Shown here: in pieces, positions 18,194-28,922 of the stretch | How positions within the stretch are numbered: the first letter of the stretch is position 1 | How the letters are laid out: every line of letters begins with the position of its first letter | DNA from: an uncultured candidate division Zixibacteria bacterium | Lineage (GTDB): Bacteria > Zixibacteria > MSB-5A5 > RBG-16-43-9 | Reading direction: 5' to 3' | Assembly: GCA_963713865.1 (NCBI GenBank) | Contig: OY970208.1 | Location: 2,016,001-2,080,000 of the forward strand | Length of the DNA stretch: 64,000 nt | Notes under the pieces: generated by a model | The model's database searches: none | What the model saw: the letters and a program-made list of their open reading frames with translations, nothing else | What the model was told of the DNA's origin: nothing | Made by a program: the position numbers and the translations under genes

Positions 18194-20788
18194 TTATATC
18201 TTTCGATTAATCAATTCTTCAAACGCTGGATAACCAGATAGATTCTCGAACGACGGCTCCAATTTAATATAAGCAGGTGTCATAAAATTGTTCTTCACCA
18301 AGAATTCGAGCATACGCACTGCCTCTTCTTTTTGTCCTGTAGCCGAATAAACGTAACTCAGGCTCCAAACCGCTCCAGACCACTCCACAGTTAGAAGGGA
18401 ATTCCCTAAACTTTTCTTCACTCTCTCTGCCTGCTCCAGGGCTTTTTTGGATTCTCCTTTTAATGAATAGGCTAAGGCTATTCTTAACCGACTATAATAT
18501 TCATTGGGAAGACCTTCAAATTCTTTGATTAAAGGTAGATTGAACTGAATGCAGGAATCCAAGTATATTTCCGCCTGTTTTTTATTTCCTCTCCTAAGCT
18601 CTGAGTAACTCAATTCTACAAACCATTCGCCAGCTGGGTTTTGTCGGCGTAATTCATTTGAATAATAAAAAACGCTGTCGGCCTCGCCTGACACCATAAA
18701 AATCCAATTCAAGGTCCCTAAAGAGGAGGTGCGCTGTGGGTCGATATTCAGAGATTTATGAGCCATTCTTTTTGCTTCTTCTAATTCACCCCAGACCAGG
18801 TGGCAACCACTCATGGCATCCCATATTGATGCATCGGTAGACTGAATCTCCAATCCTTTGTTAAAATATTCCTCCACCTTTTCTTTCTTCCCCCAGGCTG
18901 AGTACAAGCTTATAAACTTAGAGAATAAGGTAGCTTGGGTTGGCTTTACCTCTAACGCTCTCATCAAAGCACTCTCAGCTTTTGGATATTGACCAATGCT
19001 ATACCACCAGTATCCCAAAGTCCCCCAGCCTTCTCCATAATTAGGATTGGCTTTGACCGCTTCTTCTGCCTCTTGTATGCCCTTTTCGGTTTTCCCCTCG
19101 ACCATGTATAGCCTGGAGAGAGAGCGATGAGCCTCGGCCAAATCTGGGTCGAGAGCCAATGCTTTTAAGCTGGCTTTTTCAGCTTTTTCCAGCCAGGACT
19201 TCTTGGGGTCAACAGAAAACATCACATAGCTCGAATAGCAATCCGACAATCCAGCATAAGCTAAAGCAAAATTAGAATCAGCTTCCAATGCTTTTTCAAA
19301 CATCCTGGTTGACAGTTCCAGGCCTTCTTTAGTTGTACTTCCTCCTCCGAAATAATATTCCCGTCCTTGCAGATAGTAGTTGTAAGCTTGAACATTCAGG
19401 GTCGGTTTTTTTTCAATCCTTTCTACTTCAACTGGAGCAAGGGCAACTTTTAGTGCCTGGGCAACTGACTTAGCTACATCTGCCTGAATGGCAAATAGAT
19501 CCTCCATCTGTCTATCGTAGCTAGCTGCCCAAACGTGGAATCCATCACTGGCTTTAATCAGCTGACAAGTAATTCTGACCTTATCTCTGTATTTTTGGAC
19601 TGAACCTTCCATTACATACTTAACTCTTAACTTATCAGCTATCTCCTTAAGATTAATTGGTTTATTTTTGAATTGTTCAATGTCACTTCGGGAAGCAATC
19701 AGTAAGCCAGCGATTTGGGATAGCTGGGTGATAATATCTTCAGTCATTCCAGACGCAAAATAGTCATCTTCTTTATTTTCAGAGAGATTCCGCAAATACA
19801 GAACTGCTATGGAAGGTTTGCCAGCAGTAACTGGTTCTTTTTGTTTGAGAAATACTAAGTAAACTATAATAAGAATTAAAATCGCCATTAATCCTGCCAT
19901 CAATGGAAAAGCTCTCTTTTTGACTGGCTTGGGAGAATCAGTGGGTTTAGGTGTTACTCCTGTTTTGACATAATCCAAACTTTTCTTTTCCCTCCTCAAA
20001 TCTGCTAACAATTCATCAGCATGTTGATACCTTTCTTCTTTATCCTTTGCCAGTGCCTTGAAAACCATATCTTCTAACTTGGCGGAAACCTGATTGTTAA
20101 AACGGGCTACTGGCTGAGGTTCTTCATTAATTACCGAGTAAACAATAGCAGCTTGATGCTCTCCTCCAAAAGGAAGCTTCCCGGTCAGAAGCTCATATAA
20201 AACAACCCCAAATGAGAAGATATCACTTCTCTGGTCAACTTCCTCACCTTGAGCTTGCTCTGGTGACATATAGGCAAGAGTCCCTAAAGTTGAACGAGTC
20301 TTGGTCAGTTTGGTTGCTCCTTTCAGCTTTGCCAAACCGAAATCCATTATCTTCACCTGCCCTCGAGGAGTAAGCATTATATTGTCAGATTTGATATCTC
20401 GGTGCACAATCCCCTTCTCGTGAGCTAAAGCTAAACCTTCACATATCTGAATCCCGATATCCAAAACCTTTTTTATAGAAATGGTCTCTTTTTCAATTAT
20501 CTGCTTCAAAGTCTTACCCTCGCAATATTCCATCACTATAAACATCTGCCCTTCGAATTCATCGATCTCATAAATGGTGGTGATGTTCGTGTGATTTAAA
20601 GCTGAAGCTGCTTTGGCTTCGTGGATAAACCTTTCCTTCTCCTCAGACTCAGAGGTCAGATGCGGAGGTAAGAACTTTAAAGCCACCAGACGGTCTAATT
20701 TAGTGTCCTGGGCTTTATAGACCACACCCATTCCACCCTCACCCAGCTTCTCGACGATTTTATAATGAGAAATTATTTTACCGATCAT
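18194..20788 (-). CDS. Ser/Thr protein kinase-TM-TolB-like-TPR protein (K3)
   Basis: Kinase motifs; TM; PSIAVLYLRNLS...YFASGMTEDII; TPRs. Confidence 0.92.
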   Translation of the reverse strand: MIGKIISHYKIVEKLGEGGMGVVYKAQDTKLDRLVALKFLPPHLTSESEEKERFIHEAKAASALNHTNITTIYEIDEFEGQMFIVMEYCEGKTLKQIIEKETISIKKVLDIGIQICEGLALAHEKGIVHRDIKSDNIMLTPRGQVKIMDFGLAKLKGATKLTKTRSTLGTLAYMSPEQAQGEEVDQRSDIFSFGVVLYELLTGKLPFGGEHQAAIVYSVINEEPQPVARFNNQVSAKLEDMVFKALAKDKEERYQHADELLADLRREKKSLDYVKTGVTPKPTDSPKPVKKRAFPLMAGLMAILILIIVYLVFLKQKEPVTAGKPSIAVLYLRNLSENKEDDYFASGMTEDIITQLSQIAGLLIASRSDIEQFKNKPINLKEIADKLRVKYVMEGSVQKYRDKVRITCQLIKASDGFHVWAASYDRQMEDLFAIQADVAKSVAQALKVALAPVEVERIEKKPTLNVQAYNYYLQGREYYFGGGSTTKEGLELSTRMFEKALEADSNFALAYAGLSDCYSSYVMFSVDPKKSWLEKAEKASLKALALDPDLAEAHRSLSRLYMVEGKTEKGIQEAEEAVKANPNYGEGWGTLGYWWYSIGQYPKAESALMRALEVKPTQATLFSKFISLYSAWGKKEKVEEYFNKGLEIQSTDASIWDAMSGCHLVWGELEEAKRMAHKSLNIDPQRTSSLGTLNWIFMVSGEADSVFYYSNELRRQNPAGEWFVELSYSELRRGNKKQAEIYLDSCIQFNLPLIKEFEGLPNEYYSRLRIALAYSLKGESKKALEQAERVKKSLGNSLLTVEWSGAVWSLSYVYSATGQKEEAVRMLEFLVKNNFMTPAYIKLEPSFENLSGYPAFEELINRKI

Positions 20789-20796
20789 TCCTGAAC

Positions 20797-23406
20797 CTAT
20801 TTACTCCTTGCCAAAAGTTTCTGAAAGCGGGGTTGGTTACGTAAAGGAGCCCAGGTTGGGTCGATACGAAGATATGGAATTGAGATCTCCGAAGGGATCG
20901 ACAAAAGATACTCAAGCTGGTCTATGGCAGAGTCGTAATCACTAACCATAACATATATCTGTGCCAAATTCTGGACATAGCCAGGACCGTCGAGTGCATC
21001 CTTAGGTACAGGGAGTAATTCCACCCCTTTTTTCCCTTCCCGGATTGCCTCTTCTTTGCGTCCAAGCCCGGCATAAGCGATGCCGAGATAACTGTGGAAG
21101 AACGCCTCGCCTGGCCTTGACTGTATCCTGTTTTCGAGGATGATTCTAGCAGAGTCACTATAGACCAGTTTCAGCTGTTGTCGATTCAGCAAACCATATA
21201 TTTTAGCTTTAGTCAAAAAGTAAGATATTGTATCATTACGACCACCCGCATCCACGTATGCGCAGACCCCAGGTAGCCGACCTAATGCTGTCTGATAGTC
21301 TCCATCGAGAACATCCAACCATACCAAATCAGGCACAAGTAGCGACACATCTGCCTTTCCGGTCGCCTCATGGAAAACTTTCCTCGCTTTTTTTGTGTCA
21401 CCCTCCGAGATTTGATATAGCCAGGCCTTGCGACTATAAGCTACTGGCCAATCAGGAGCCAGAGAGATGACTCTGTCCAAGTAGTACTCTGCCTCGGCAT
21501 ATTTGCGCATAAGTCGGTAGGTAGTGGCAACCTCATCTGCCTTATCGTAGGCTCGCGGGTCAAGCTCTGCTGCCTTCTTGAGGTTAGTGACCGCCTGCTC
21601 GAATTTCCCCTGACGCCTTTGAACAAAACTGATAGCCGCAAGGAGGTCGCTGTTATTCGGCTGACCTTTCTGGGCAATTGCAAACTGCTCCAGGGCACGG
21701 TCATAGTCCCAGCTTCCCCAGTAGTAATAATAGCCCAGGGCCAAGTGCGCTTCAGGCAGATCCGGCTTCAGCTTCAGGGCTTTGTCCACAGCTTCTTTGG
21801 CTTTATTAAGGCGCTCGTCAGTATTGTCCCAATAAAACCAATACAGCCAAGAATGAGCCCATGAAAGTCTGGCATAGGCTAACGCAAAAGCCGGGTCTAA
21901 CTTCACCACTTTCTCATACATCTCTATAGCTATGCGGACATCTTTCTCCCCCTTACCATAAATAAAATAATCCTCACCGCGCAGATAGTATTCGTAAGCC
22001 TCAAGGTTCTCGGTCGGCTTGGCTGCTATGTACCGTTGCTCAGCTTCGAGAAGCGTGATGTTCAATGCAGAAGCTACCTTCTCTGCTATGTCAGCTTGAA
22101 GGGCAAAAACCTGCTCCAGAACACGGTCATATGTCTCGGCCCAAACATGGGTACCGTCTTTGACTCTGATTAGCTGGGGATTTATTCTTACCCGATTGTT
22201 AACTTCAGACTTATCCCATAGAATTGTCCCTTCTAAGACATACTGGACCCCCAATTCTCTGCCTATTTGCTGAACAGTTTTCTTGGTATCTTTGTATTGG
22301 AGAACACTGGTGCGGGAGATAACACCCAAACCGCTGACTTTGGCCAACTGGGTCGTTATCTCGTCGGTGATGCCATCAGCAAAATACTCCTGCTCTGGCG
22401 CTCCTAAATTTTCAAAGGGTAAAACCGCAAGCATCTTTATTCCGGATTCCGGCTCCTTTTTACTCAATAGGGTAAAGTATCCTACAATCAAAATAAGAAC
22501 CGCCAGTCCAGCCAAAACTAAGGGTAACATTTTCTTCTTGAGCGGCTTTTGTGTCTCTACGGGCTGAGCCAGCGTGGCTGTCTTCACATATTCCAAACTC
22601 TTCTTCTCGTGCCTTAAATCTGCCAACAATTCATCAGCATGTTGATACCTTTCCTCTCTGTCTTTTGCCAGTGCTTTGAAAACTATCCGCTCCAGTTCTG
22701 CTGAAACTTTGTTGTTATATCTGGCTACTTGCTGTGGCTGTTCATTGATTATCGAGAAAATAATAGCGGCCTGATGTTCACCCCCAAAGGGCAACTTTCC
22801 AGTTAAAAGCTCATATAAGACAACGCCAAAGGAAAAAATATCGCTTCTTGAATCTACTTCCTCGCCCTGAGCTTGCTCTGGTGACATATAAGCTAAAGTG
22901 CCCAAGGTTGAGCGAGTTTTGGTCAGCTTGGTTGCTCCCTTTAGCTTTGCCAATCCGAAATCCATTATCTTCACCTGACCCCGAGGAGTGAGCATTATGT
23001 TATCCGATTTGATATCCCTGTGCACAATCCCTTTCTCATGAGCCATAGCCAAACCTTCACATACCTGTATCCCAATATCCAGAACCTTCTTTATAGAGAG
23101 AGCTTCTTTCTCAATCACTTGCTTTAAAGTCCTGCCCTCACAATATTCCATCACTATAAACATCTGACCATCAAATTCATCAATCTCGTGAATAGTAGTG
23201 ATATTGGTATGACTTAAAGCTGATGCGGCTTTGGCTTCGTGAATGAATCTTTCCTTCTCAACAGCATCGGCGGTCAGATGTTGGGGTAGAAACTTCAAAG
23301 CCACTATTCTATCCAGCTTAGTGTCCTGGGCTTTGTAAACTATTCCCATACCACCTTCACCCAGCTTTTCGAGAATCTTATAATGCGAAATGGTTTTGCC
23401 AATCAT
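20797..23406 (-). CDS. Ser/Thr protein kinase-TM-TolB-like-TPR protein (K4)
   Basis: Kinase motifs; TM; LAVLPFENLG...YFADGITDEI; TPRs; C-terminal DPTWAPLR. Confidence 0.92.
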   Translation of the reverse strand: MIGKTISHYKILEKLGEGGMGIVYKAQDTKLDRIVALKFLPQHLTADAVEKERFIHEAKAASALSHTNITTIHEIDEFDGQMFIVMEYCEGRTLKQVIEKEALSIKKVLDIGIQVCEGLAMAHEKGIVHRDIKSDNIMLTPRGQVKIMDFGLAKLKGATKLTKTRSTLGTLAYMSPEQAQGEEVDSRSDIFSFGVVLYELLTGKLPFGGEHQAAIIFSIINEQPQQVARYNNKVSAELERIVFKALAKDREERYQHADELLADLRHEKKSLEYVKTATLAQPVETQKPLKKKMLPLVLAGLAVLILIVGYFTLLSKKEPESGIKMLAVLPFENLGAPEQEYFADGITDEITTQLAKVSGLGVISRTSVLQYKDTKKTVQQIGRELGVQYVLEGTILWDKSEVNNRVRINPQLIRVKDGTHVWAETYDRVLEQVFALQADIAEKVASALNITLLEAEQRYIAAKPTENLEAYEYYLRGEDYFIYGKGEKDVRIAIEMYEKVVKLDPAFALAYARLSWAHSWLYWFYWDNTDERLNKAKEAVDKALKLKPDLPEAHLALGYYYYWGSWDYDRALEQFAIAQKGQPNNSDLLAAISFVQRRQGKFEQAVTNLKKAAELDPRAYDKADEVATTYRLMRKYAEAEYYLDRVISLAPDWPVAYSRKAWLYQISEGDTKKARKVFHEATGKADVSLLVPDLVWLDVLDGDYQTALGRLPGVCAYVDAGGRNDTISYFLTKAKIYGLLNRQQLKLVYSDSARIILENRIQSRPGEAFFHSYLGIAYAGLGRKEEAIREGKKGVELLPVPKDALDGPGYVQNLAQIYVMVSDYDSAIDQLEYLLSIPSEISIPYLRIDPTWAPLRNQPRFQKLLARSK

Positions 23407-25728
23407 TCTTCCAATCCTATCTTTTTAATTAGTGCAACCACTCGTGGGTCTTTGCTATAGTCTTCCCATCCCGGGAAAGTTCGTATGAATAGCAGCATAA
23501 GAGACCTATATTCAGAAGCTTTTTCCAAACATTCGATAACCTTATCATGCTCACCTAAAGCAAGATATACTACGGCAAAGAGATAAGGATCTACATACCG
23601 ATGTTTTGATTCCTCGATTAAATCGCTAAGAATTTTGCGTGCCTCATTTTCTTTACCAGAACGCTGCATAAGCATAAGCCAGCCAACTAAGAGAAATACT
23701 GTTCTTTAAGGCAATTGATTTTTGATATTGATTTATCGCCTCGTTATACATTTTTTTACACAAATAACAATTACCAAGCATATCATACCCGAATGCTAAA
23801 GTGCTGTCGATTTTTAATATTTCATTGGCTAAGGTTATCGCACTATCACACTGTCCGGAATAGAGAAAAACATATACCATACTCGTGCTTATGTCAAAAG
23901 AAAGCGGGTCAAGCTCTCTGGCTTTCTTTGCTTTCCTTATTGCTTCATCAAACCGTTTCATTGCTGACAGGTAGTAAGCATACCAGGCATAAGCAGTTGC
24001 ATAATTTGGATTAAGCTCGATGGCTCGTTTGTAGTTTTCCTCAGCTCCCCTCCAATCCCATTCGTAACAAAATTTGACATCAGCCATAAGCACATACGCA
24101 TCCGCCAGCGTTTTGTCAAGGCTCAGTGCTTTCCTGGCTAATGAATCTACTTTCGGCCAGGCTTCCTTTGGTGGCATCGTAGCCAAAGCAAGATAATCAT
24201 ATCCTTTTGCCATACCGGTATAGGCTAAGGCATAGTCTGGGTCTTTCTGAATGGCCTCTTCAAAGTATTTGAATCCTTTTTCAACATCTGCGGGTGATAA
24301 TTTGTTGACGAAGTACATCCCTTTAAGATACAGCTCATGAGCTTCAGGATTGACTGTGCGGTAAGCTGCTAATTTTTGCTGTTCTTCAGGTGTTACAGTG
24401 ATTTTTATTTCACGTGCAATTGCCTGTGCAACTTCGCTCTGGAGTATCAGGATATCTTTAAATTTTCTGGTGAAATCACTTGCCCACAGGTGTTTCTCCG
24501 GTTTTGCCTTGATAAGTTGCGCCGTAATTCTGACATCGTCCTGCACTCGCTGAACCGACCCTTCTACAACCGCATCCACGTTTAAATCATGAGCTATCTC
24601 CGGCAACGATTTCTCTGTTTTCTTGAAATGCATGACCGAAGTCCGGGAGATAACCCGGAGTGCTTTGATTTTCGATAATTCCGAGATAAGCGCTTCAGTA
24701 ATTCCATCGGAGAAATACTCCTGCTCAGGATCAGCGGAGAGATTTTGGAAAGGCAGAACAGCTATTGAATTGATCGGCACTTCCCGTGAAGCGAAGAAAT
24801 AGAGTTTACTGAGGATAAGAATTGCGATTAGGATTGTAACACTGACATATACATAAATCGGTACCTTCATTAAACGCTTTGGTTTTCTCCTTTCTTGTAT
24901 TGGCGTCGTCGTTTCAAGTCTCTTCTTGAGATATTTAAAATCAGCCATCATCTCGTCAACATGCTGATAGCGTTCATCCTTCCCTTTTGACAATGCCTTA
25001 TCAATGATTTTTTGTAGTCCCTCTGGAACATTCGCTTTATACCTTGCCAGAGGTTCTGGGGTCTCATTTAAAATAGAATAGATTATCGCAGCTTCATGTT
25101 CCCCCTTGAAGGGAAGTTGTCCTGTAATCATCTCATACAACACCACTCCAAACGAGAAAATGTCTGAACGCTGGTCAACTTCCATCCCTTGAGCTTGCTC
25201 CGGGGACATATAGGCCAATGTGCCAACTGTAGAACCTGTCCTGGTTAGTTTGCTTACTCCTCGGAGCTTAGCCAAACCAAAATCCATGATCTTAACCTGA
25301 CCATCTTCTGTTAGCATGATGTTGTCAGATTTTATATCCCGATGGACTATCTCCTTCTTGTGGGCAGCATTTAGTCCCTCTGCTATCTGAATGGATATGT
25401 TCAAAATTTCTTCTATAGAAAAACTTCTCTGTTTAAGTAATTCTTTTATAGATCTACCTTCAATATAAGCCATGGAGATAAAGCATTCCCCTTCGACTTC
25501 ATCGATTTCATAAATGGTAGCTATATTGGGGTGGTCTAATGCAGATGCAGCTTTGGCTTCATGCTCAAATCTCATTTTGGCTTCACTATCGCACAAAAGA
25601 TGTTTTGACAAAAACTTTAGAGCTACTATCCGGTTCAACTTGGTGTCCTGGGCTTTATAAACTATTCCCATTCCACCTTCCCCTAACTTTTCCAGAATTC
25701 TATAATGTGAGATGTTTTTACCAATCAT
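23403..25728 (-). CDS. Ser/Thr protein kinase-TM-TolB-like-TPR protein (K5), +1 frameshift near 23664
   Basis: ORFs 23653..25728 and 23403..23675 join as AYA-RSGKENEARKIL when one base is removed. The C-terminus is homologous to the K6 end. Confidence 0.88.
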
Positions 25729-25731
25729 TGC

Positions 25732-25875
25732 TTATCCTTTATAGCCGCATGTATGAACCACATGGTTCATACCGCAGACTTTAGTCTGCGTCATTTTATC
25801 GCAAGCTGGATTCCTTCGAAATGGATCCGTAGGACTTGCGGTTACCTTATAATAAGATATCGTTTTACCAATCAT
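25732..25875 (-). pseudogene. 5'-only kinase copy (MIGKTISYYK) followed by REP doublet; 47-codon leader ORF ending just before the K5 start
   Basis: ATG ATT GGT AAA ACG ATA TCT TAT TAT AAG, then REP sequence, TAA GCA and the K5 ATG in the same frame. Confidence 0.7.
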
Positions 25876-25960
25876 GTTATTATTTATTCATTGTTTCATT
25901 TGTTCATTGATCCATTTTATCATTGAACCAATGAGTCAATCATTCAATGTTACAATCTTT

Positions 25961-28195
25961 TCATTTTTCAGATCTTATCTTTTTAAGCAGTACCGTGAAC
26001 CTCGGGTCTGAGCGCAGGCTATCCATAAAGGGAGCGGTTTTGAGAGTAGCCATCCAGGACTCTCGCTCATCATAAGCTTTATCCAGGTATTCAAATGCAT
26101 GATCCTTCTTACCCAGTCCACCATAGATTAGCGCTTTGTATAAAGACGAAACATACCTTTTTTTTGATAGTTCGTTCAATTGATCAAGCATTTTTAGCGC
26201 TTCATCTGTTTGTCCCGACAGAGCATAGGCTAATCCAAGATGCCCTATTCCGATTGGGCTGTTCATGGATAGCGCCACGAACCTTTTCAAAGATGCAATC
26301 GCTTCTTTCCACATTTCCTTGCCAACAAGGTTAAATCCCTGAAAAAGATAGGCTAAGGAGAAGTTCGGGTCCATCTCGAGCGTTCTTCGATATTGATCCA
26401 ATGCTTCATCATACTGGCGTGCCCAATACAATCCAAGTCCTACAACTGTGCTTATCATCAGGGAAAGGGGATCCAACTCAAGAGCCCGTTTCAATAATAT
26501 CGATGCTTCATCTAATCGTTCCATTGGTGCTAAAGACACCGCGTACCATTCGTACCCTGTCGCATAGTTTGGATTGAGATTAAGGGCACGCTTGAATTCC
26601 TCTTCAGCACCAATCCAGTCCCAGTCATAGAACGTTCGAATCCAACCCATTGAGGTATGAGCCTCGGCTAACTTGTCATCAATCTCCAAAGCTTTCTCCG
26701 CGGCAGTCCTTGCTCGCGGATAGGCCTCTTTTGGAGGAAGCCAACCAAAATGCCCTAACAAGATATAACAGTCAGCCATTCCTACATAGGCCAGTGCGTA
26801 GAGTGGATCCTTTTCAATGGCTTGTTGAAAGAACTCAATCCCCTTTTGTAGTCCTCCTTCATAGCGTCTGTTCCAGAAATAACGGCCCTTCAAATACAGG
26901 TTATAAGCTTCCTGGTTTTCAGTAAACCGCTTCACCAGTTTCGCTTTCTCTTCTTTTAAAAGCTTGACCTTTAATCTGTCCACAATTGCCAGAGAGATTT
27001 CATCCTGGATTGCAAAGATGTCTTCTATGTTTCTATCGTATTTATCTGACCAGAGATGATAGCCGTCAGCAACGTTAATAAGCTGGGCGGTAATGCGGAC
27101 CCTGTTTCCCGCTTTCCGTACACTCCCTTCAAGTAAGTTCTCAATATTCAGCTGCCTTCCAATCTCGCGGACATCTATTTCTTTACCTCTAAATGAAAAA
27201 GACGAAGTTCGGGCAACTACTCGCAAACCTTCCAACTGCGTGAGCGCATTGATGATTTCCTCTGCCATACCATCACAGAAGTACTCTTGCTCTTTATCTG
27301 CGCTTAAATTGGTAAATGGCAACACTGCGATGGAAGGCTGAATCTTTTTTGTATAAGATTGATCTGTCGAGATAGTTAATTCCAGCTCTTTTGAAAGTTT
27401 CCTCAAATCAGTTCTTAAGTCATCCATATTCTGGTAACGCACCTCCCGGTTTTTCTCCAGTGCCTTATCCACTATTTTCTGCAACCCTTCCGGAATATTG
27501 GTTTTATACCTTGCCAATGGTTCAGGTGTTTCATTTAAAATAGAATAAATTATCGCCGCAGTGTGCTCACCCTTGAAAGGAAGTTGTCCGGTTATCATCT
27601 CATACAAAACCACTCCAAAAGAGAAAATATCTGAACGATAGTCAACTTCTATCCCTTGAGCTTGTTCCGGTGACATATAAGCTAAAGTTCCCAGGGTTAA
27701 GCCAATAGTGGTCAGCTTGGTAGCACCTTTAAGCTTTGCCAAGCCGAAATCCATTATCTTTACTAAACCTTCATTAGTAAGCATTATGTTATCTGACTTA
27801 ATATCTCTATGAACAATACCTTTCTTGTGAGCCGCGTTTAATCCTTCTCCAGTCTGTATGGCTATCTCTAAAACTTCCTTTAAAGAAAAACTCTTTTCTT
27901 TCAAAAGCTCTTTGAGAGATTTCCCCTCTATGTATTCCATAGCAATAAAGCATTCCCCTTCTTTCTCATCTATTTCGTAAATGGTGGTGATATTTGGATG
28001 ATTCAAAGCAGATGCGGCTTTGGCTTCGTGAATGAATCTTTCCTTCTTCTCAAATTCAGAGGTCAGGTGCGGAGGTAAAAACTTTAAAGCCACCAAACGG
28101 TCCAGCTTGGTATCCTGGGCTTTGTAAACTATTCCCATTCCACCTTCCCCTAACTTTTCCAGAATTCTATAATGTGAGATGTTTTTACCAATCAT
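25961..28195 (-). CDS. Ser/Thr protein kinase-TolB-like-TPR protein without TM helix (K6)
   Basis: Kinase motifs followed directly by PSIAVLPFTNLS...YFCDGMAEEII with no hydrophobic segment; TPRs. Confidence 0.92.
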   Translation of the reverse strand: MIGKNISHYRILEKLGEGGMGIVYKAQDTKLDRLVALKFLPPHLTSEFEKKERFIHEAKAASALNHPNITTIYEIDEKEGECFIAMEYIEGKSLKELLKEKSFSLKEVLEIAIQTGEGLNAAHKKGIVHRDIKSDNIMLTNEGLVKIMDFGLAKLKGATKLTTIGLTLGTLAYMSPEQAQGIEVDYRSDIFSFGVVLYEMITGQLPFKGEHTAAIIYSILNETPEPLARYKTNIPEGLQKIVDKALEKNREVRYQNMDDLRTDLRKLSKELELTISTDQSYTKKIQPSIAVLPFTNLSADKEQEYFCDGMAEEIINALTQLEGLRVVARTSSFSFRGKEIDVREIGRQLNIENLLEGSVRKAGNRVRITAQLINVADGYHLWSDKYDRNIEDIFAIQDEISLAIVDRLKVKLLKEEKAKLVKRFTENQEAYNLYLKGRYFWNRRYEGGLQKGIEFFQQAIEKDPLYALAYVGMADCYILLGHFGWLPPKEAYPRARTAAEKALEIDDKLAEAHTSMGWIRTFYDWDWIGAEEEFKRALNLNPNYATGYEWYAVSLAPMERLDEASILLKRALELDPLSLMISTVVGLGLYWARQYDEALDQYRRTLEMDPNFSLAYLFQGFNLVGKEMWKEAIASLKRFVALSMNSPIGIGHLGLAYALSGQTDEALKMLDQLNELSKKRYVSSLYKALIYGGLGKKDHAFEYLDKAYDERESWMATLKTAPFMDSLRSDPRFTVLLKKIRSEK

Positions 28196-28321
28196 TGCTT
28201 ATCCTTTATAGCCGCAGGTATGAACCACATAATTCATACCTCAGACTTTAGTCTGCGCTACTTTATCGCATGCTTGAGCTTGTGGCTTCCCTATAATATT
28301 AGAAATTATTCTAACAATCAT
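28196..28321 (-). repeat. Leader homologous to 25729-25875: decayed kinase start plus REP doublet plus SD
   Basis: TGCTTATCCTTTATAGCCGCA.GTATGAACCACAT..TTCATACC.CAGACTTTAGTCTGCG is shared with 25729-25790. ATGATTGTTAGAATAATTTCT at 28321 is a degenerate kinase start. Confidence 0.75.
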
Positions 28322-28395
28322 AGTTTCCCGTTGATAGAGCTTTGATTACGTCCTTAATAAATTGAGAAATTATTTATTTGTCAACAAGGAAATTG

Positions 28396-28423
28396 TTGAC
28401 TCTCCTGTAATGAGATTTATATT
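28396..28423 (+). promoter_or_regulatory. Putative sigma70 promoter of tadA, with a divergent TTGACA at 28379-28384 facing the kinase array
   Basis: TTGACT-N16-TATATT. Confidence 0.45.
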
Positions 28424-28445
28424 GTAAACTGTAGGTAACCAAAAA

Positions 28446-28922
28446 ATGACCGAAAACCTGAATGAAAAATGGATGCAGGTAGCCCTACGGGAAGCAAGGA
28501 TAGCTCTTAAGAAAAAAGAGGTGCCAGTGGGTGCGGTAGCGGTCTATCAGGGTAAAATCATTGGCAGGGGACATAACCAGACCGAAAGTCTAAACGATCC
28601 CACTGCCCATGCTGAAATCTTAGCTATTGGAGCCGCCTCAAATTGCTTAAACTCCTGGAGACTTTCGGAAGCAGATTTATACGTTACCTTAGAGCCCTGC
28701 CCTATGTGTGCTGGAGCAATAGTATTATCCAGGATCAGAAAGCTGGTCTTTGGAGCTTATGATCCCAAAAGCGGTGCCTGTGGTTCCTTATATAATTTAG
28801 TTCAGGATAAAAGGTTTAACCATCAAGTAGAGTTAGTATCCGAGGTATTAAAAGATGAGTGTTCAGAGCTTCTTCAGGCTTTCTTTAAAGAACTGAGAGA
28901 AAGAAAAGATGAATCAGAATAA
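28446..28922 (+). CDS. tadA: tRNA adenosine(34) deaminase
   Basis: EVPVGA, DPTAHAE, TLEPCPMCAGA, DPKSGA. Confidence 0.95.
   Translation: MTENLNEKWMQVALREARIALKKKEVPVGAVAVYQGKIIGRGHNQTESLNDPTAHAEILAIGAASNCLNSWRLSEADLYVTLEPCPMCAGAIVLSRIRKLVFGAYDPKSGACGSLYNLVQDKRFNHQVELVSEVLKDECSELLQAFFKELRERKDESE

Noticed and set aside
12479-28195. Diversity-generating retroelement acting on the kinase array
   Set aside because: No reverse transcriptase or Avd in the window; no TR/VR pair with adenine-restricted differences was seen; the shared sequence is at the 5' end.
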